From contig OZ024740.1 in the NCBI GenBank assembly GCA_964016885.1, forward strand, positions 6,324,001 through 6,388,000: 64,000 nt of DNA. The letters are read 5' to 3'. Made by a program: the position numbers and the translations under genes. The stretch comes from Eledone cirrhosa (lineage: Eukaryota). The notes beneath the pieces were generated by a model. It was not told where the DNA came from. It did not search any database and saw only the letters and a list, made by a program, of their open reading frames with translations. Positions within the stretch are counted from its first letter, which is position 1, and each line of letters begins with the position of its first letter. This document shows positions 29,800-41,622 of this stretch, piece by piece.

Positions 29800-30030
29800 C
29801 CAACACACACATATATACACATACACACAAATATATACACACACATATATACACTCGTGCACACACACACACACTACACACATGTACACACAAATGTATG
29901 CACACACATATACACACTCAAGCACACACACACACATATACACACTCAAGCACACACACACACATATACACGCAAACATGTACACCTCCCCACCACCACA
30001 CACTAACATGTGCACCTCCCCACCACAACA
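29800..30030. repeat. Degenerate (CA)/(TACA) microsatellite
   Basis: Direct reading. Confidence 0.9.
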
Positions 30031-30099
30031 AACAAATAATACTGGTTAATAAAATGGTATCAGGTATATTTCTTTTTAGAAATATTATTTAAATATATT

Positions 30100-30525
30100 G
30101 AGTGAGGTGGTGAGGGTGAGGGTGGGGGTGTGGTGGTAGTGGTGAGGTCATTGTTTGGTGGAGGTGGTGGTGGTGAGGTCATGGCTGGGTGGAGGTGGTG
30201 GTGAGGTCATGGCTGGGTGAAGGTGGTGGTGGTGAGGCCATAGTTGGGTGGAGGTGGTGGTGGTGGAGGTGGTGGAGGTGGAGGTGGTGGTGGTGGAGGT
30301 GAGGTCATGGCTTGGTGGAGGTAGTGGTGGAGGTGGTGGTGGTGGTGGAGGTGGTGGTGGTGGAGGTGAGGTCATGGTTGGATGGTGGTGGTGGAGGTGG
30401 AGGTGGGTGGTGGCTGGGTGGTGGTGGGTGGTGGAGATGGAGGTGAGGTCATGACTGAGTAGTGGTGGAGGTGGTGGTGAGGTCATGGGTGGGTGGTGGT
30501 GGAGGTGGAGGTGGTCATGGTTAGA
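30100..30525. repeat. G-rich (GGT/GGA)n-derived minisatellite with recurring GGTGAGGTCATGG units
   Basis: Direct reading. The poly-G and poly-P ORFs here are by-products of the repeat. Confidence 0.9.
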
Positions 30526-30689
30526 GAGAGAAGGAGAGTAGCTTAAAACTAATTATGGACACTTTTGAAAAAACTTGCATGGCCCTTATTAATTTGCATA
30601 TCACTACATTCGTTAGTGACACATACATACTGATAACTAAAGTACTGAGAAAGTATGTTTAAGTATACAAACACACACAACATAGCAAT

Positions 30690-30807
<118 letters not shown>

Positions 30808-30970
30808 GCACAAACAATCACAGCAACACACACACATATCCAGATACACACACATACACATACAAACAAGCACATCAACACACACACAAAAGCACATTAA
30901 CACATACACAATCAAGCACACACACATATATTTATAAAATGCTTTTTATGATATTTTATTTTACTTTCAG

Positions 30971-31176
30971 ACAAGTATCTTCTGTAAAATCTGTGATGTC
31001 CTGTGTAGTCCATGGTTTACACATCCGTCGAGAGAGTGCTACTTTGGTTCATGAACACTCCAGCCGATCACATTTGATTGTTACTCTGTTAATAACCACT
31101 AAGGACACCGTTACTTCACAGCACACAGACCCTGCTCCAGATACACTGTCTGATTGGTCAACTTCAGCATTCGGCA
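30971..31176 (+). CDS. KIF25: Internal exon of a kinesin motor domain (KIF25-like), switch I region
   Basis: Acceptor ttttactttcag| and donor |gtaagt. Translation QVSSVKSVMSCVVHGLHIRRESATLVHEHSSRSHLIVTLLITT...AFG. It contains the switch I SSRSH in a TLVHxxSSRSHLI context that I recall from KIF25 (H replaces the usual N). 206 nt, phase 2 in, phase 1 out. Confidence 0.88.
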
Positions 31177-31249
31177 GTAAGTACAAATTTATGCCAAGTT
31201 AAAATCAACAGTGACAAATGAGGTCTATCAAGAAAGGATCTGACCTTAA

Positions 31250-31900
31250 GCTAGAGAAAAAAAGAATTACGTACTTGGTGAAGTTCAGTTGCTAATCACT
31301 TTAAAGTAAGATCCTTGTGCCTTCATACACTAATCCCAGAAATCCTTACACTGAAGTATGGCTAGCATGATTCTTCAAGAATGTCTCTCTGCTCAACCTT
31401 TGATGTCTTTTTGGCTCTTAAAGAATGCTTTCAGGGACATCTTCTTTTTGGGGAACAACCAAAAGTTATAATGAGCCATGGAGAGTATGGAGCCAGGCAA
31501 ATGAGAAAATATCTTTCTTTGCCAAGAAATCTTAGAACTGCTGCAATGAACGAGCTGGGGGCCATGATGTAGCTGTCAGTTTTACAGTGACCACAGATCT
31601 GGTCTCTTGCACTGAACTGCAGGATAGTGGGCTTCCTGATGGTTCTGTCATTTGTAACTATTTGTCCTTTACTGTGTATTAATGATGCACTATTCTTTGG
31701 TAGTCCAAGAAAAACATCTTCATTCAACCTGATGGGATGATTCCTCTGCAAGGACTAAGCTATGGTTTCCAGGTCATACCTGCACACCCAAGTCACAACT
31801 CCACATAATCGGCTATTCAGAAACTTAGGATCCTTGTTGGAAGTATTGAGTGCAACGAAAATGTGACAAATAATTAGAACAACATCTTATACACTGACTG
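31250..31900 (-). mobile_element. Decayed mariner transposase fragment
   Basis: Frameshifted minus-strand translation gives DPKFLN..TWVCRYDLET (cf. GDETWxxxYDPET), FFLDYQRIVHH..KGQIVT, APSSFIAAVLRFLGK..LAPYSP (cf. YSPDLAP) and NFWLFPKKKMSLK. Confidence 0.75.
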
Positions 31901-31994
31901 CCTGACTGTGACTAATGCATCCAGTGAGCTTGCCTGAAACTTCATATATGCATGAATGTATGCAGCTCCACTCTGCACTCTTTTTTTCTCCCTG

Positions 31995-32190
31995 CATGGC
32001 TTAGTTTGATTCCCCATGGTGTGTAGTCTTCTTGAGCAAGACACTCTATTTCATGTTGCTTTCAGTTCACTCAGCTGGCAAAAATGAGCTGTACTTTTAA
32101 TAGAAAGAGCTAAACCTTGTTACAGACTATATCACATTGAATCTCCCTGAGAACTACATTAAGGGTACACATGTCTGTGCAATATTCAAC
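31995..32190 (+). mobile_element. SINE fragment, family B
   Basis: catggcttag...cttgagcaagacactctatttcatgttgctttcagttcactcagctg is the reverse-complement match of the copy at 43200-43340. Confidence 0.6.
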
Positions 32191-32317
32191 CACAAGAAAA
32201 GATAAAGTTGCATAATTTATCGACAGACCTGAAAGATTGTTTCCTCCTCCACAGATAATTCACAATAAAAATCGCTTTATTGTCTAATATCATCTTAAAA
32301 ACTGAATATTATTTCAA

Positions 32318-32397
32318 TATATCACACTTGAGTGAGTCCTTATATCACACTTGAGTGAGTCCTTATTTCAACATATCACACTTGAGTGAGTCCTTAT
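32318..32397. repeat. Three tandem copies of TATCACACTTGAGTGAGTCCTTAT
   Basis: Direct reading. Confidence 0.9.
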
Positions 32398-32620
32398 TCA
32401 GGTGGAATACAAATGCAATCAGTTCTACAAGTAAATGTCCTCAATTCTCATTATTTACACAAAATGCGCTACATTGACCTGAACTATTTTTTATAGTAAT
32501 CTTTACTTCCATCATATGTTCTGTGATTAATATAAGAGTAATCTTTCCTTTGGAAATAACAGATTGCTTTGATAACCTTGCTTCTGTCTCTGACTATCAC
32601 TTGTCTTTAGATACACACAC

Positions 32621-34148
32621 ACCTGCTGGGGTCAGACGTGTGTCTTTTTTTCTCTCGACCACACAGTCTTGAACTTAAGTTCTCTCATCGTGTGGTCTTG
32701 GATTTTCTTACCTAAGTTGCTCGCACATTGCTCGGTTTGTTGGGGTTTTTTTTCGCTTTTTTTCGCTGTTTTTTCACTGTTTTCTCTTTTCTTCCCTTTT
32801 GTTTTCCTTCCCTCCTCTTCCGTTTTCCCAATAACTTATCCAGTTATTGACGCTCTGGGCGGTAGATATATTGTCTTTAAAGCGTAGAAATATCTTTAAC
32901 GAGCATAAAAGTTCGTCGATTTTATTTAGTGTTTACGTTATTTGGTCATTAATTTAGGAATAAAGTAATTAAATGAAACATGCTGAAATATCTCACACAA
33001 GTGTCTATAATTGTCTCATCTTTATTGTTATAAGCGTGTGTTACAACTTGGAAATAAGACATACCTTTTTAAATAATATAATATGTATAATTGTTGGCAG
33101 TATCGGTAGAGGGTTGGACGCCATGCTTTCTAGCATAGTTACGTCCCTTTACAGTCTGAGTTCAAATCCCGCCGAGGTTAACTTTGCCTTTCATCCTTAC
33201 GGGGTCGATAAAATAAAGTACCAGTAATGTACTGGGTAATTGCTGGCTTGTGCCTAAAGTAGAAACAATTATTAGTTGTAGAATTGGCGACGAGGTGAGA
33301 GAAAAAGTTAGTCTCCATTTGGTGTTATTGGTTTTCTGTTCCGATGTTGAAGTCGCCTGAGAGAGAGTTGCTCTTAATATGTTCGCTCCATATGGTGTGG
33401 TAAAAATGAAAAGTGGGAGAAGGCAAAATTACATCTTAACTCCTGGACAGCTAGCTTTGTAAGAGAGCAGGTACTTTCAGTTTCTCAATTTATAGTCTCC
33501 ATGTGACGTAAGTTTCCTTAACTCTCCTTCTCGCCCCAAGGGATCACTACATATCCGAGACCCCCGGTAGACAACTGATGAAGAAAACTCCCCCCTGTTC
33601 TTGCTTTCTTCTTATACCCACTCCATTTTAAGTTACCTTAAATAGCAACTACACAGCCATTTCTATTCTCCATATATTTTACCATGTTTTCGCTGTGACC
33701 ATTCTTCTCTCCCTTTCTCCCTCTCACTTTCACTCCCTCGTCTGACCCTCTAGTAGTCCTATTCTCACTTACAACTGCTGGGGTTAGACGTGTGTCTTTT
33801 TCTCTCGACCACACAGTATTGAATTTAAGTTCTATCATCGTATGGTCTTGGATTTTCTTACCTAAGTTGCTCGCACATTGCTCGGTTTGTTGTTTTTTTA
33901 TCGCTTTTTTTCGCTGTTTTTTCAGTTTTCTCTTTTCTTCCCTATCCCCCCCCCCCTCTTCCGTTTTCCCAATAACTTATCCAGTTATTGACGATCTGGG
34001 CGGTAGATATATTGTCTTTAAAGCGTAGAAATATCCGAGACCCCTAATAGTCAACTGATGAGGACCCCCCCCCCGTTCTTGCTTCCTTCTTAATCACACT
34101 CCATTTTAAGCTACTTTAAATACCAACTACACAGCCATTTCTATTCTC
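32621..34148. repeat. Dispersed direct repeats A (32621-32894, 33774-34035) and B (33551-33670, 34031-34148); possible Penelope pseudo-LTR remnants
   Basis: ORF-track translations at 32669 and 33792 are near-identical. The B copies share atatccgagaccc..caactgatga..ccattttaag..caactacacagccatttctattctc. The partial-tandem layout is typical of PLEs, but the family assignment is inference. Confidence 0.6.
33095..33270 (+). mobile_element. tRNA-derived SINE, family A
   Basis: A-box-like tggcagtatcggtag, B-box gagttcaaatccc, then gccgaggttaactttgcctttcatccttacggggtcgataaaataaagtaccag. Further copies at 42020-42175, 42185-42410 and (minus) ~43860-43920. Confidence 0.8.
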
Positions 34149-34153
34149 TCTCC

Positions 34154-34204
<51 letters not shown>

Positions 34205-34384
34205 TATATAGAAAATAATTAGAATTTACCTTTGAGCATAGCTGTATACAGATATGTATTAGAATTTTGTATTTCTAAAGAGATACTGTATGTTAGAAAG
34301 CCGTATCATCATCATCGTCATCATTTAACATGTTTTTCCATACTGCCATCGATATATATTAATATCTCTATCTAGCTCTCTTAA

Positions 34385-34537
<153 letters not shown>

Positions 34538-34676
34538 ATATAGTGGAAATGATAGATTTGAAAAAAAGCACCTAATGTGTTTTATTTTGTATACATATCA
34601 CGTGTATGGTATATATAATGAAAAGAAATTACATTAAAAAATAGTTTTTGCAGTTTTCTGCTTACATACAATAGTG

Positions 34677-34855
34677 GTAAGAAACTGTGAGGAGAGCTGG
34701 ACAGTAGAAGGTCTTGAGATAAGAAACTGTCAGGAGAGCTGGACAATAGAAGGTCTTTAGAGAAGAAACTCCGAGGAGAGCTGGACAGTAGAATGTCTTC
34801 AGAGAAGACACTCTCAAGGGAACTGGACAGTAAAAGGTCTTCAGAGAAGAAACCC
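34677..34855. repeat. 42-bp minisatellite, ~4.3 copies (AGAAGAAACTSYSAGGAGAGCTGGACAGTAGAAGGTCTTCAG-like)
   Basis: 42-bp period read directly; 14-aa periodicity in the ORFs at 34582 and 34662. Confidence 0.9.
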
Positions 34856-35119
34856 CACCCAAGCAAGTGTTTCGTAAACAACGAAAATAATTGTTTTACA
34901 TGAAAAAGAATAGTTTTCTACTTACATGTTATATGAGTAGTAAACAACGTAAAAATATTTTTTTACATCAAAAGGGAAAGTTTTTTCATGCTTAATTTGC
35001 TAATTTTCCATTTATAATGTAATTGTCGCTTATCTTCCTGTTAAAACATGGGATGCAACTGGATATATTTTTGCCCCTTATGTTTAAAAAAAAAAATCTG
35101 GTCCGACTGGACACCACAT

Positions 35120-36385
35120 GTTATGTATGTAAAGTGTTAAATTTTGATCTAATAATTTTGGTCTAATAATATTTTCTATAAAAAAACGTTTCTTTGCCAA
35201 TGTGTTTTTCTTCTGATGTTGACTAGCAAAATTAGTAGAATGAGAAGACATTGAAATTTGGTAAAGTTTTCCCTCCACATTCCCCTATATGAAAGACTAA
35301 GAGGGATCTTTCTCGGGTATGGATATCTGATTTGTTAGGAGTGAATTGTCAATCTTTGTCGGGGTGTAAGTCCTGTTTGGCCAATGTAGCATTCGTGGCA
35401 GCCTTTACATATTATAATATATATTAAATTCTCTGAGTTGTACAAGAAGTCATTTTTAATTTTGAAAATGTGACCTTCTTTGAAGTAATTCGTGGCCTTC
35501 TAATAGGTAGTTGTATATCCCGCAGTTGGGTCAGGTTCTTTAATTTCGGTTTACAGCTTTGCATTTGTTAGAATCTTTTTCAGTGACTTAGGTTGTCATC
35601 TACCTTTTATAATTGGGTATATATGGTGTTTTTTGTCCTTTAGTAAGATAGGTAGGTTTAGTTACATGTGTGTGTAGAATTCTGTGTTTTGGGTTACAAG
35701 TTGAAATGTATGGTATGGTCGTTGTTTTGGTTGTTGTTTCTCGGGGTATTTGGATATTGATTTGCCTTGCCTTTTGAATGCTATTATTAATTAAATTCTG
35801 TAGTGTGTAGTCTCTTGTTGTTAGGTTTAAAACTATTGTCCAGATTCGTTTAGCTAAGTTAAGTGGTATATTGTTACGGATGTGAATGAGAAGATGTAAT
35901 AAAGAGATATTTTCAGGAGTCGGTTGGTTTGAAATATATGTCAGTTTCTAGCTTTATGTTTCCTTATTAGTATGTCTAAGAAGGGAAGGTTTTCGTTGCT
36001 GAAATCCCCAGTGAATTGGATGTTAGGGTTCACTTTATTGATGAGAGTTGCAATTTCTTTAGTCCTCAAGATTTTCCCTCCACAGAATAAAAAAGTCACC
36101 CAGATACCTTTTCCAATTTTCTTTTATATAACAACTTAATTTGTCCCATAAATTTGTGAGGTTTGTTAGTAAACTTGTATACCATGGTATCCCATGACTA
36201 AGTTGGCATTTTTGGTGCAACATTTGTCCCTACGTCTGCTTCTGATTTTTGGCGGTAGGCTTTTTCGTTGAACATGAAGTAGTTGTTATTAAAAGTAAAT
36301 TGAAGACCGTCAATGGTGAAATGTTTGTCAATATATCAAATATTGGCATCAGTTAACGTGTTTTTCCATGCTGCTATGGATATAT
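35120..36385 (-). mobile_element. Decayed Penelope-like retroelement (RT plus GIY-YIG endonuclease)
   Basis: Minus-strand motifs: NNNYFMFNEKAYRQKSEADVGTNVAP..ANLVMGY, WKRYLGDFFILW (YxDD degraded), NPNIQFT..NLPFLDILI, TDIYFKPTDS, NNIPLNLAKRI, SENLIYIIICKGCHECYIGQTG (GIY-YIG) and FIENIIRPKL. Stops and frameshifts are present. Confidence 0.9.
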
Positions 36386-36565
36386 ATGAATATCACTATC
36401 TATATAGCCACCTACCCTCTCTCCTCACACCCTATCTCTCTCTCTCTCACTCTACACACATATATATATATTATACATAGGTAAATTTGTCACGAATATA
36501 CATAACATCTTAAGGAAAAGAAATCGCTGAAAACATCTCATTCAGAGAAGCAAATATATATAGAA

Positions 36566-36913
36566 CATCTTATACAAAATCACTGAAGGGTAGATCCCAG
36601 TAAATTACTCTAAAAAAGAACACGTCACAAGCATCTTCCCCTTGGAATATATTCACAGTCAAGCAACCTAAAAATAGGGAACTTCACTAAAATGAAAAAC
36701 TGTTCTGGTAATAATGGCCATATCAATCTATTGGAATAGTAAGATTTATTCTTCAGTTTTGAAACTGCGATGAAACTGCAATCATAGAATTTTAGTCACG
36801 CTCCCTACTTTTAGGTTGCTTGACTGTGAATATATCCCCAGGGAAAGATGCTTGTAAAGTGTTATTCTTTAAAGTACTTTACTGGGATCTACCCTTCAGT
36901 GATTTGGCATAAG

Positions 36914-36916
<3 letters not shown>
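36566..36916. repeat. Inverted repeat with ~125-bp arms (36566-36692, 36789-36916) and ~95-bp spacer
   Basis: aatcactgaagggtagatcccagtaaa...atatattcacagtcaagcaacctaaaa is mirrored by ttttaggttgcttgactgtgaatatat...tttactgggatctacccttcagtgatt. Confidence 0.9.
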
Positions 36917-36917
<1 letters not shown>

Positions 36918-36970
<53 letters not shown>

Positions 36971-37461
36971 ATAATAATAAATTTGAAGACTAAAATCCAA
37001 AGAGGGCTCGATAAGGATAAATATATATCAAATATATAAGAACCGTAGAGCAAATATTTATTAAAGTTTAAGCAAAGAATCGCTGCTTTCACCCTTAACG
37101 GGATCTTCTGAAACTAACAAAGTCAATCTGTAAACGCAGAAGTGGATATTTCAAAAAACGTTGCAACCGGAGGAAGACAGGAAGACGATACTTTGGTTTG
37201 TGGAAACGTTCGCTGGCAAAGAACCGGAAAAAACGAATATAATACGTCATTATTTGGAGCGGTGAAAAACAATTACACGCAAAGACAAAACCACGTTTAT
37301 GGTATAAAAGAAGTCGTAGACAAATATTCGAAGACAGACGAGCCTGGCACAGACGTCTGACTTCAATCGTCAGAAAAGTTCATTCTAACGATTGTGCCAA
37401 GCTCGTATGACTTCGTGAAACCTTTGGTAAATGAAATAATTATCTTATGTTGTTTATTACA

Positions 37462-37525
<64 letters not shown>

Positions 37526-37744
37526 TTATCATTTATTTTGTTTTGACCTGTTTAGCTTGATTTGGTTTTTGGCTTGGGTGGTTAATGACTTCTTGGCCAC
37601 CTTTTCAGTTTTGTATGGATTTTGTAACACATTGTTTAGCTCTGGTTTGTAACTATTGAGCACTTTGCCAGTATCATTTCTGATTTTTGCGTTTCGCTTC
37701 GCTTTTCCTGCCCGCCGAAATGCGATTCTCGCTGAATCTTTATT

Positions 37745-37825
<81 letters not shown>

Positions 37826-37998
37826 TCATTTCATTTTACGTCCGCTTTTCCCTACTTGCAAGGGAACTGATTCTGGCTTGATTTCTACATCTGGATGCTC
37901 TTCCTAACACCAACCTCATTTACAGTGATTGCTGGGTGTTTTTTTTTGCCGTGGCACCTCCACGACCACTCTACAGCTGAGTAAACTGAAGCAATGTG

Positions 37999-38064
<66 letters not shown>

Positions 38065-38139
38065 TATTTTCCGTTGTGTTGTAATATAAATATTACACGT
38101 GTCAATAAATTCCTTTCAACTAAACTGTATCCATTCAAA

Positions 38140-38189
<50 letters not shown>

Positions 38190-38362
38190 TATATAAGTAT
38201 ATAACAGGTAAAAGGATGATTAACAGGTATAAGCGATATAATAGAGCTTTATTCCAATCATAAACAAATGTTTCATCGCCTAATAAGCAATTAATTATGT
38301 CTTGAAATCGCCACTGATTACTTGTAACCTGAGCGTAGGTAACCTTAACCGATATCTCGTTT

Positions 38363-38451
<89 letters not shown>
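36918..38451. repeat. Cluster of long (TA)n microsatellites (~36918, 37466, 37747, 38001, 38146, 38368)
   Basis: Direct reading. Confidence 0.95.
37823..37950 (-). mobile_element. RTE-type 3'-end fragment
   Basis: catcatttcattttacgtccgcttttccctacttgcaaggg...tttctacatctggatgctcttcctaacaccaacc, homologous to 38452-38620 and 41416-41470. Confidence 0.7.
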
Positions 38452-38454
<3 letters not shown>

Positions 38455-41409
38455 GTCGTCGTCCATCTTCCACGCTAGCATGGGTTAGACGGGAGTTGTC
38501 CCACTTGAGGCAAGGTCGGTCGGGTGACCGTGTCTCGCTCATATAGGACTATCTGGCAGGTTTTCTACGGCTGGATGCCCTTCCTAACACCAACCACATT
38601 TACAGTGTGGACTGGGAGGTTTTTACAGTGTTACCTACACGGCCACATTACAGCGTGGACTGTGTGTTTTTTTGACATGACACCTACACGATCTCGATCT
38701 CATTATCTCGTGGTGTTGGTGGGAGTGGGAGGATAGGGTAGGGGTAGTGGATCGGGGTGTATATTTGGTTAAGAGGCGCCTACTGACTGTAGGTTTCGCT
38801 TTGTACATAGGCAAGGCGGGTCTTCTGTATTACTGCGTAGCGCCAAAAACCTCGGTCCAGTGACATTGTCTTAGAGAGGTGCAAGTGTGTAAGGTCGGAA
38901 TTTATCAGATCGTCCCAGGTTTTTCTGGGTCTACCTACTCTGTAACTACCATCAATTTTGATCACCCTGCACTTTTTTATACAGCTGTCATCTTTCTTGC
39001 ACATCACATGACCATAGCAATGTTGTCTTCTCTCAAGGAAACAGCATCTGATCCCACTTATTCCTCATTTCTCACTTAGTTCATTTATGCTTTGCCGTTC
39101 ACGTATATTACTATTACACATCCAACGGAGCATGCAGGCTTCATTCCTTTCCAGTCTGCGCAGGTCCTCTGCACGTAATGCCCATGTCTCACTGCCATGT
39201 AGCATTGCTGTTCATATACAGGCATCATACAATCTGCCTTTCATTTTTAGAGAGAAACATTTTGTGGCCAACAGCGGTGTAAGCTCTCTGAACTTTTTCC
39301 ATCCCTTTCTGACTCTGGCTACTGTACTTTCAGAACACCCTCTACCACTGCTGATTTCGTCAGCCAGGTAACGGAAAGTGTCTACTATTTCTATAGAACC
39401 ATCTGGGCAATAGAAGGAGCTAGTATCCTGTGGGCACTTGCTACTTATTGCACCTGAGCATTGGCCACATATAAAGTTTACGTTCTTAGATAGTTTACCT
39501 GTGATCCCATTACATCTTTTATGTACCCATACTTTGCATTTGGGACATAAAATGGAATTTCTGCCTACTCCTTTCCTACACACTGAGCATAGCCATTTCC
39601 CTGAGGGTACCTGTGCCCTATTTTCCTTCTACAAACTAGAACTTTAGTCTTATACAAGTTAACCTTAAGGCCTTTTGATTCTAGGCCATGCTTCCATGTT
39701 TCAAATTTCATCTCTAGTTCAGTCATTGATTCAGCTATGAGCGTTACATCATCTGCGTATAGGAGTTCCCATGGGCAGCCGATCTTGAACTCCTCTGTTA
39801 TAGCCTGAAGGGCAATAATAAATAGGAGGGGGCTAAGGACAGAGCCTTGATGAACGCCAACTTTTACACTAAATTCTTCACAATATTCATTGTTAATTCT
39901 AACTTTACTGACTGTTTCATTATACATAGCTTGTGTCGCTCTCAGAAGCCATTCCTCTACACCTAGTTTTCTAAGAGCCCACCAGATAATAGAGCGGGGG
40001 ACTCTGTCAAAGGCTTTCTCCAGGTCTACAAAAGCTAAGTAGAGGGGTTTACTTTTAGCTAGGTACTTCTGTTGTTGTCGTACATGGAAAAGAGCGTCTG
40101 TGGTACTTTTACCTGACACAAACCCAAACTGCATTTCATCTAGATCAATTCGTTCTCTGATTAGTTGCGCTATAACTCTTTCTGTGACCTTCATGATCTG
40201 GTCAACTAACTTAATGCCTCTATAGTTTCCCCTATCTAGAGCATCCCCTTTACCCTTGTAGCAGTTAATGATGATGCTGCTATGCCAGCCTTTCGGTATG
40301 ACCCCATTCTGTATTACTTGGTTAACTATCCGGGTGACCATAGTATGTCCCACCATTCCAGATGCTTTCAACATTTCAGCAACTATCTCCGAAGTCCCAG
40401 CTGCCTTGCCTGTCTTCATATCTTTGATTGCCTTACTTATTATACTACTTTTAACTTGCACTGCTAGTCCTTCTATTGGATCGATTTGGGGCAGACTATC
40501 TTTTTCCCGTTTATTCTCCTCATTTAATAGTCTCTCGTAGTGACACTTCCAGGCTATCTTCTTATTAGTATAAGTGAGGGCAAGTACACCTTTATCATTA
40601 TCGACACACTTCTCCCCGACAATATCACGGTTTTCCTTGAGACATTGTCTAGCAATCCTGAACACCTCATGTTTTTGGTCCTCACGTTGTAGAACATGCT
40701 TGAACTTTCTATCCTCTGCTACCCTTTTTGCATGGTACACTTTCCTCCTAGCTTCTCTCCTGGTCACTTGATAGTGCTCTCTACTTCCCCCATCCTGCCA
40801 TACTTTCTAAGCCTGCTTTTTGGCCTTGATTGTCTCTTCCACCTCACTGTTCCACCACCAAGTTACTCTCCTCCTGCCAATAGGTCTGCTCCAGCCACAG
40901 ATTTTATCCGTTGCTTTCAGCAGGTTCACTTTCAAGGATTGCCACTGTTCCTCTCTATTGCACGTCTCTAATTGCTCTTCCTTATTGTGAAAGGCATCAA
41001 GTAATAAGCTTTTAAATTTGTCACTGGCTATGGGGTCCTTCAACTTCCATATTCTTCTCCTCAAGGTAGGCTCCTCTGTCGTCGAGTACGTCTATTCCTG
41101 ACTATGAGGTCACTAACTGCTAGGCTATGTCGGGAGGTGCATTCTTCACTGAGGAGGGATTTAGTGTTTACAACAGACACTTTTTCCCGTCTTCTAATAA
41201 GGATATAATCTATCTTCTAATAAGGATATAATCCCCTGATCTATAGGTGATCAACTGATTTTCACTTTTTTTGAAGTTTGTGTTATAGATAGTTAGGCTA
41301 TTTGCGTCACAGAATTCCAGGATTCTGAACCCTCCTCATTTCTATTTCCAACCCCATACCCTCCATGGATTCCATCATAGCCATCGCTATGTTGTCCAAC
41401 ATGACCGTT
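38452..41409 (-). mobile_element. 5'-truncated, frameshifted RTE-clade LINE (partial APE endonuclease, RT, Cys/His finger, 3'UTR, short-repeat tail)
   Basis: APE fragment NGHVGQHSDGYDGIHGGYG..RNEEG..ILEFCDANSLTIYNTNFKK (~41270-41409). ORF 39565-40767 has NYRGIKL, QFGF, YLAFVDLEKAFDRVP, GVHQGSVLSPLLF and LLYADD. ORF 39212-39583 has CRKGVGRNSILCPKCKVWVHKRC..CGQC. ORF 38780-39007 has GRPRKTW. The 3'UTR ends in (GAC)n against a (TA)n tract. Confidence 0.95.
39565..40767 (-). pseudogene. Reverse transcriptase segment of the RTE ORF, disrupted at both ends
   Basis: Canonical non-LTR RT motifs including YADD; the flanking coding segments lie in other frames. Confidence 0.9.
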
Positions 41410-41521
41410 TATATATCATTTCATTTCATTTCATTTTACGTCCACTTTTCCCTGCTTGCAAGGGTGGGACTCATATATATATATATAGTATCTTATTAAA
41501 AAAAAAATATATATATATATA

Positions 41522-41622
41522 CAAGGTGTCCCCAAAAATGTATACACACTTCAACAGCATTCTAATAATTATTGCCTGTACAGGTAATCAAAGTGTGTAT
41601 ACATTTTTGGGGTACACAGATG
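41522..41622. mobile_element. ~100-bp Tc1/mariner-type MITE
   Basis: Perfect 22-bp inverted repeat ccccaaaaatgtatacacactt (41530-41551) / aagtgtgtatacatttttgggg (41591-41612), extending imperfectly to CA...TG ends flanked by TA. Confidence 0.8.

Noticed and set aside
29330-29800. Unique-looking sequence and ORF 29472-29762 (-) as a possible exon or pseudogene
   Set aside because: No recognisable domain, no kinesin motif and no convincing splice-site pair.
33095-33180. tRNA gene (also considered at 43270-43340)
   Set aside because: A and B boxes are present, but there is no cloverleaf and they continue into multi-copy SINE bodies.
39565-40767. Active retrotransposon
   Set aside because: 5'-truncated within the endonuclease and broken by several frameshifts and stops.
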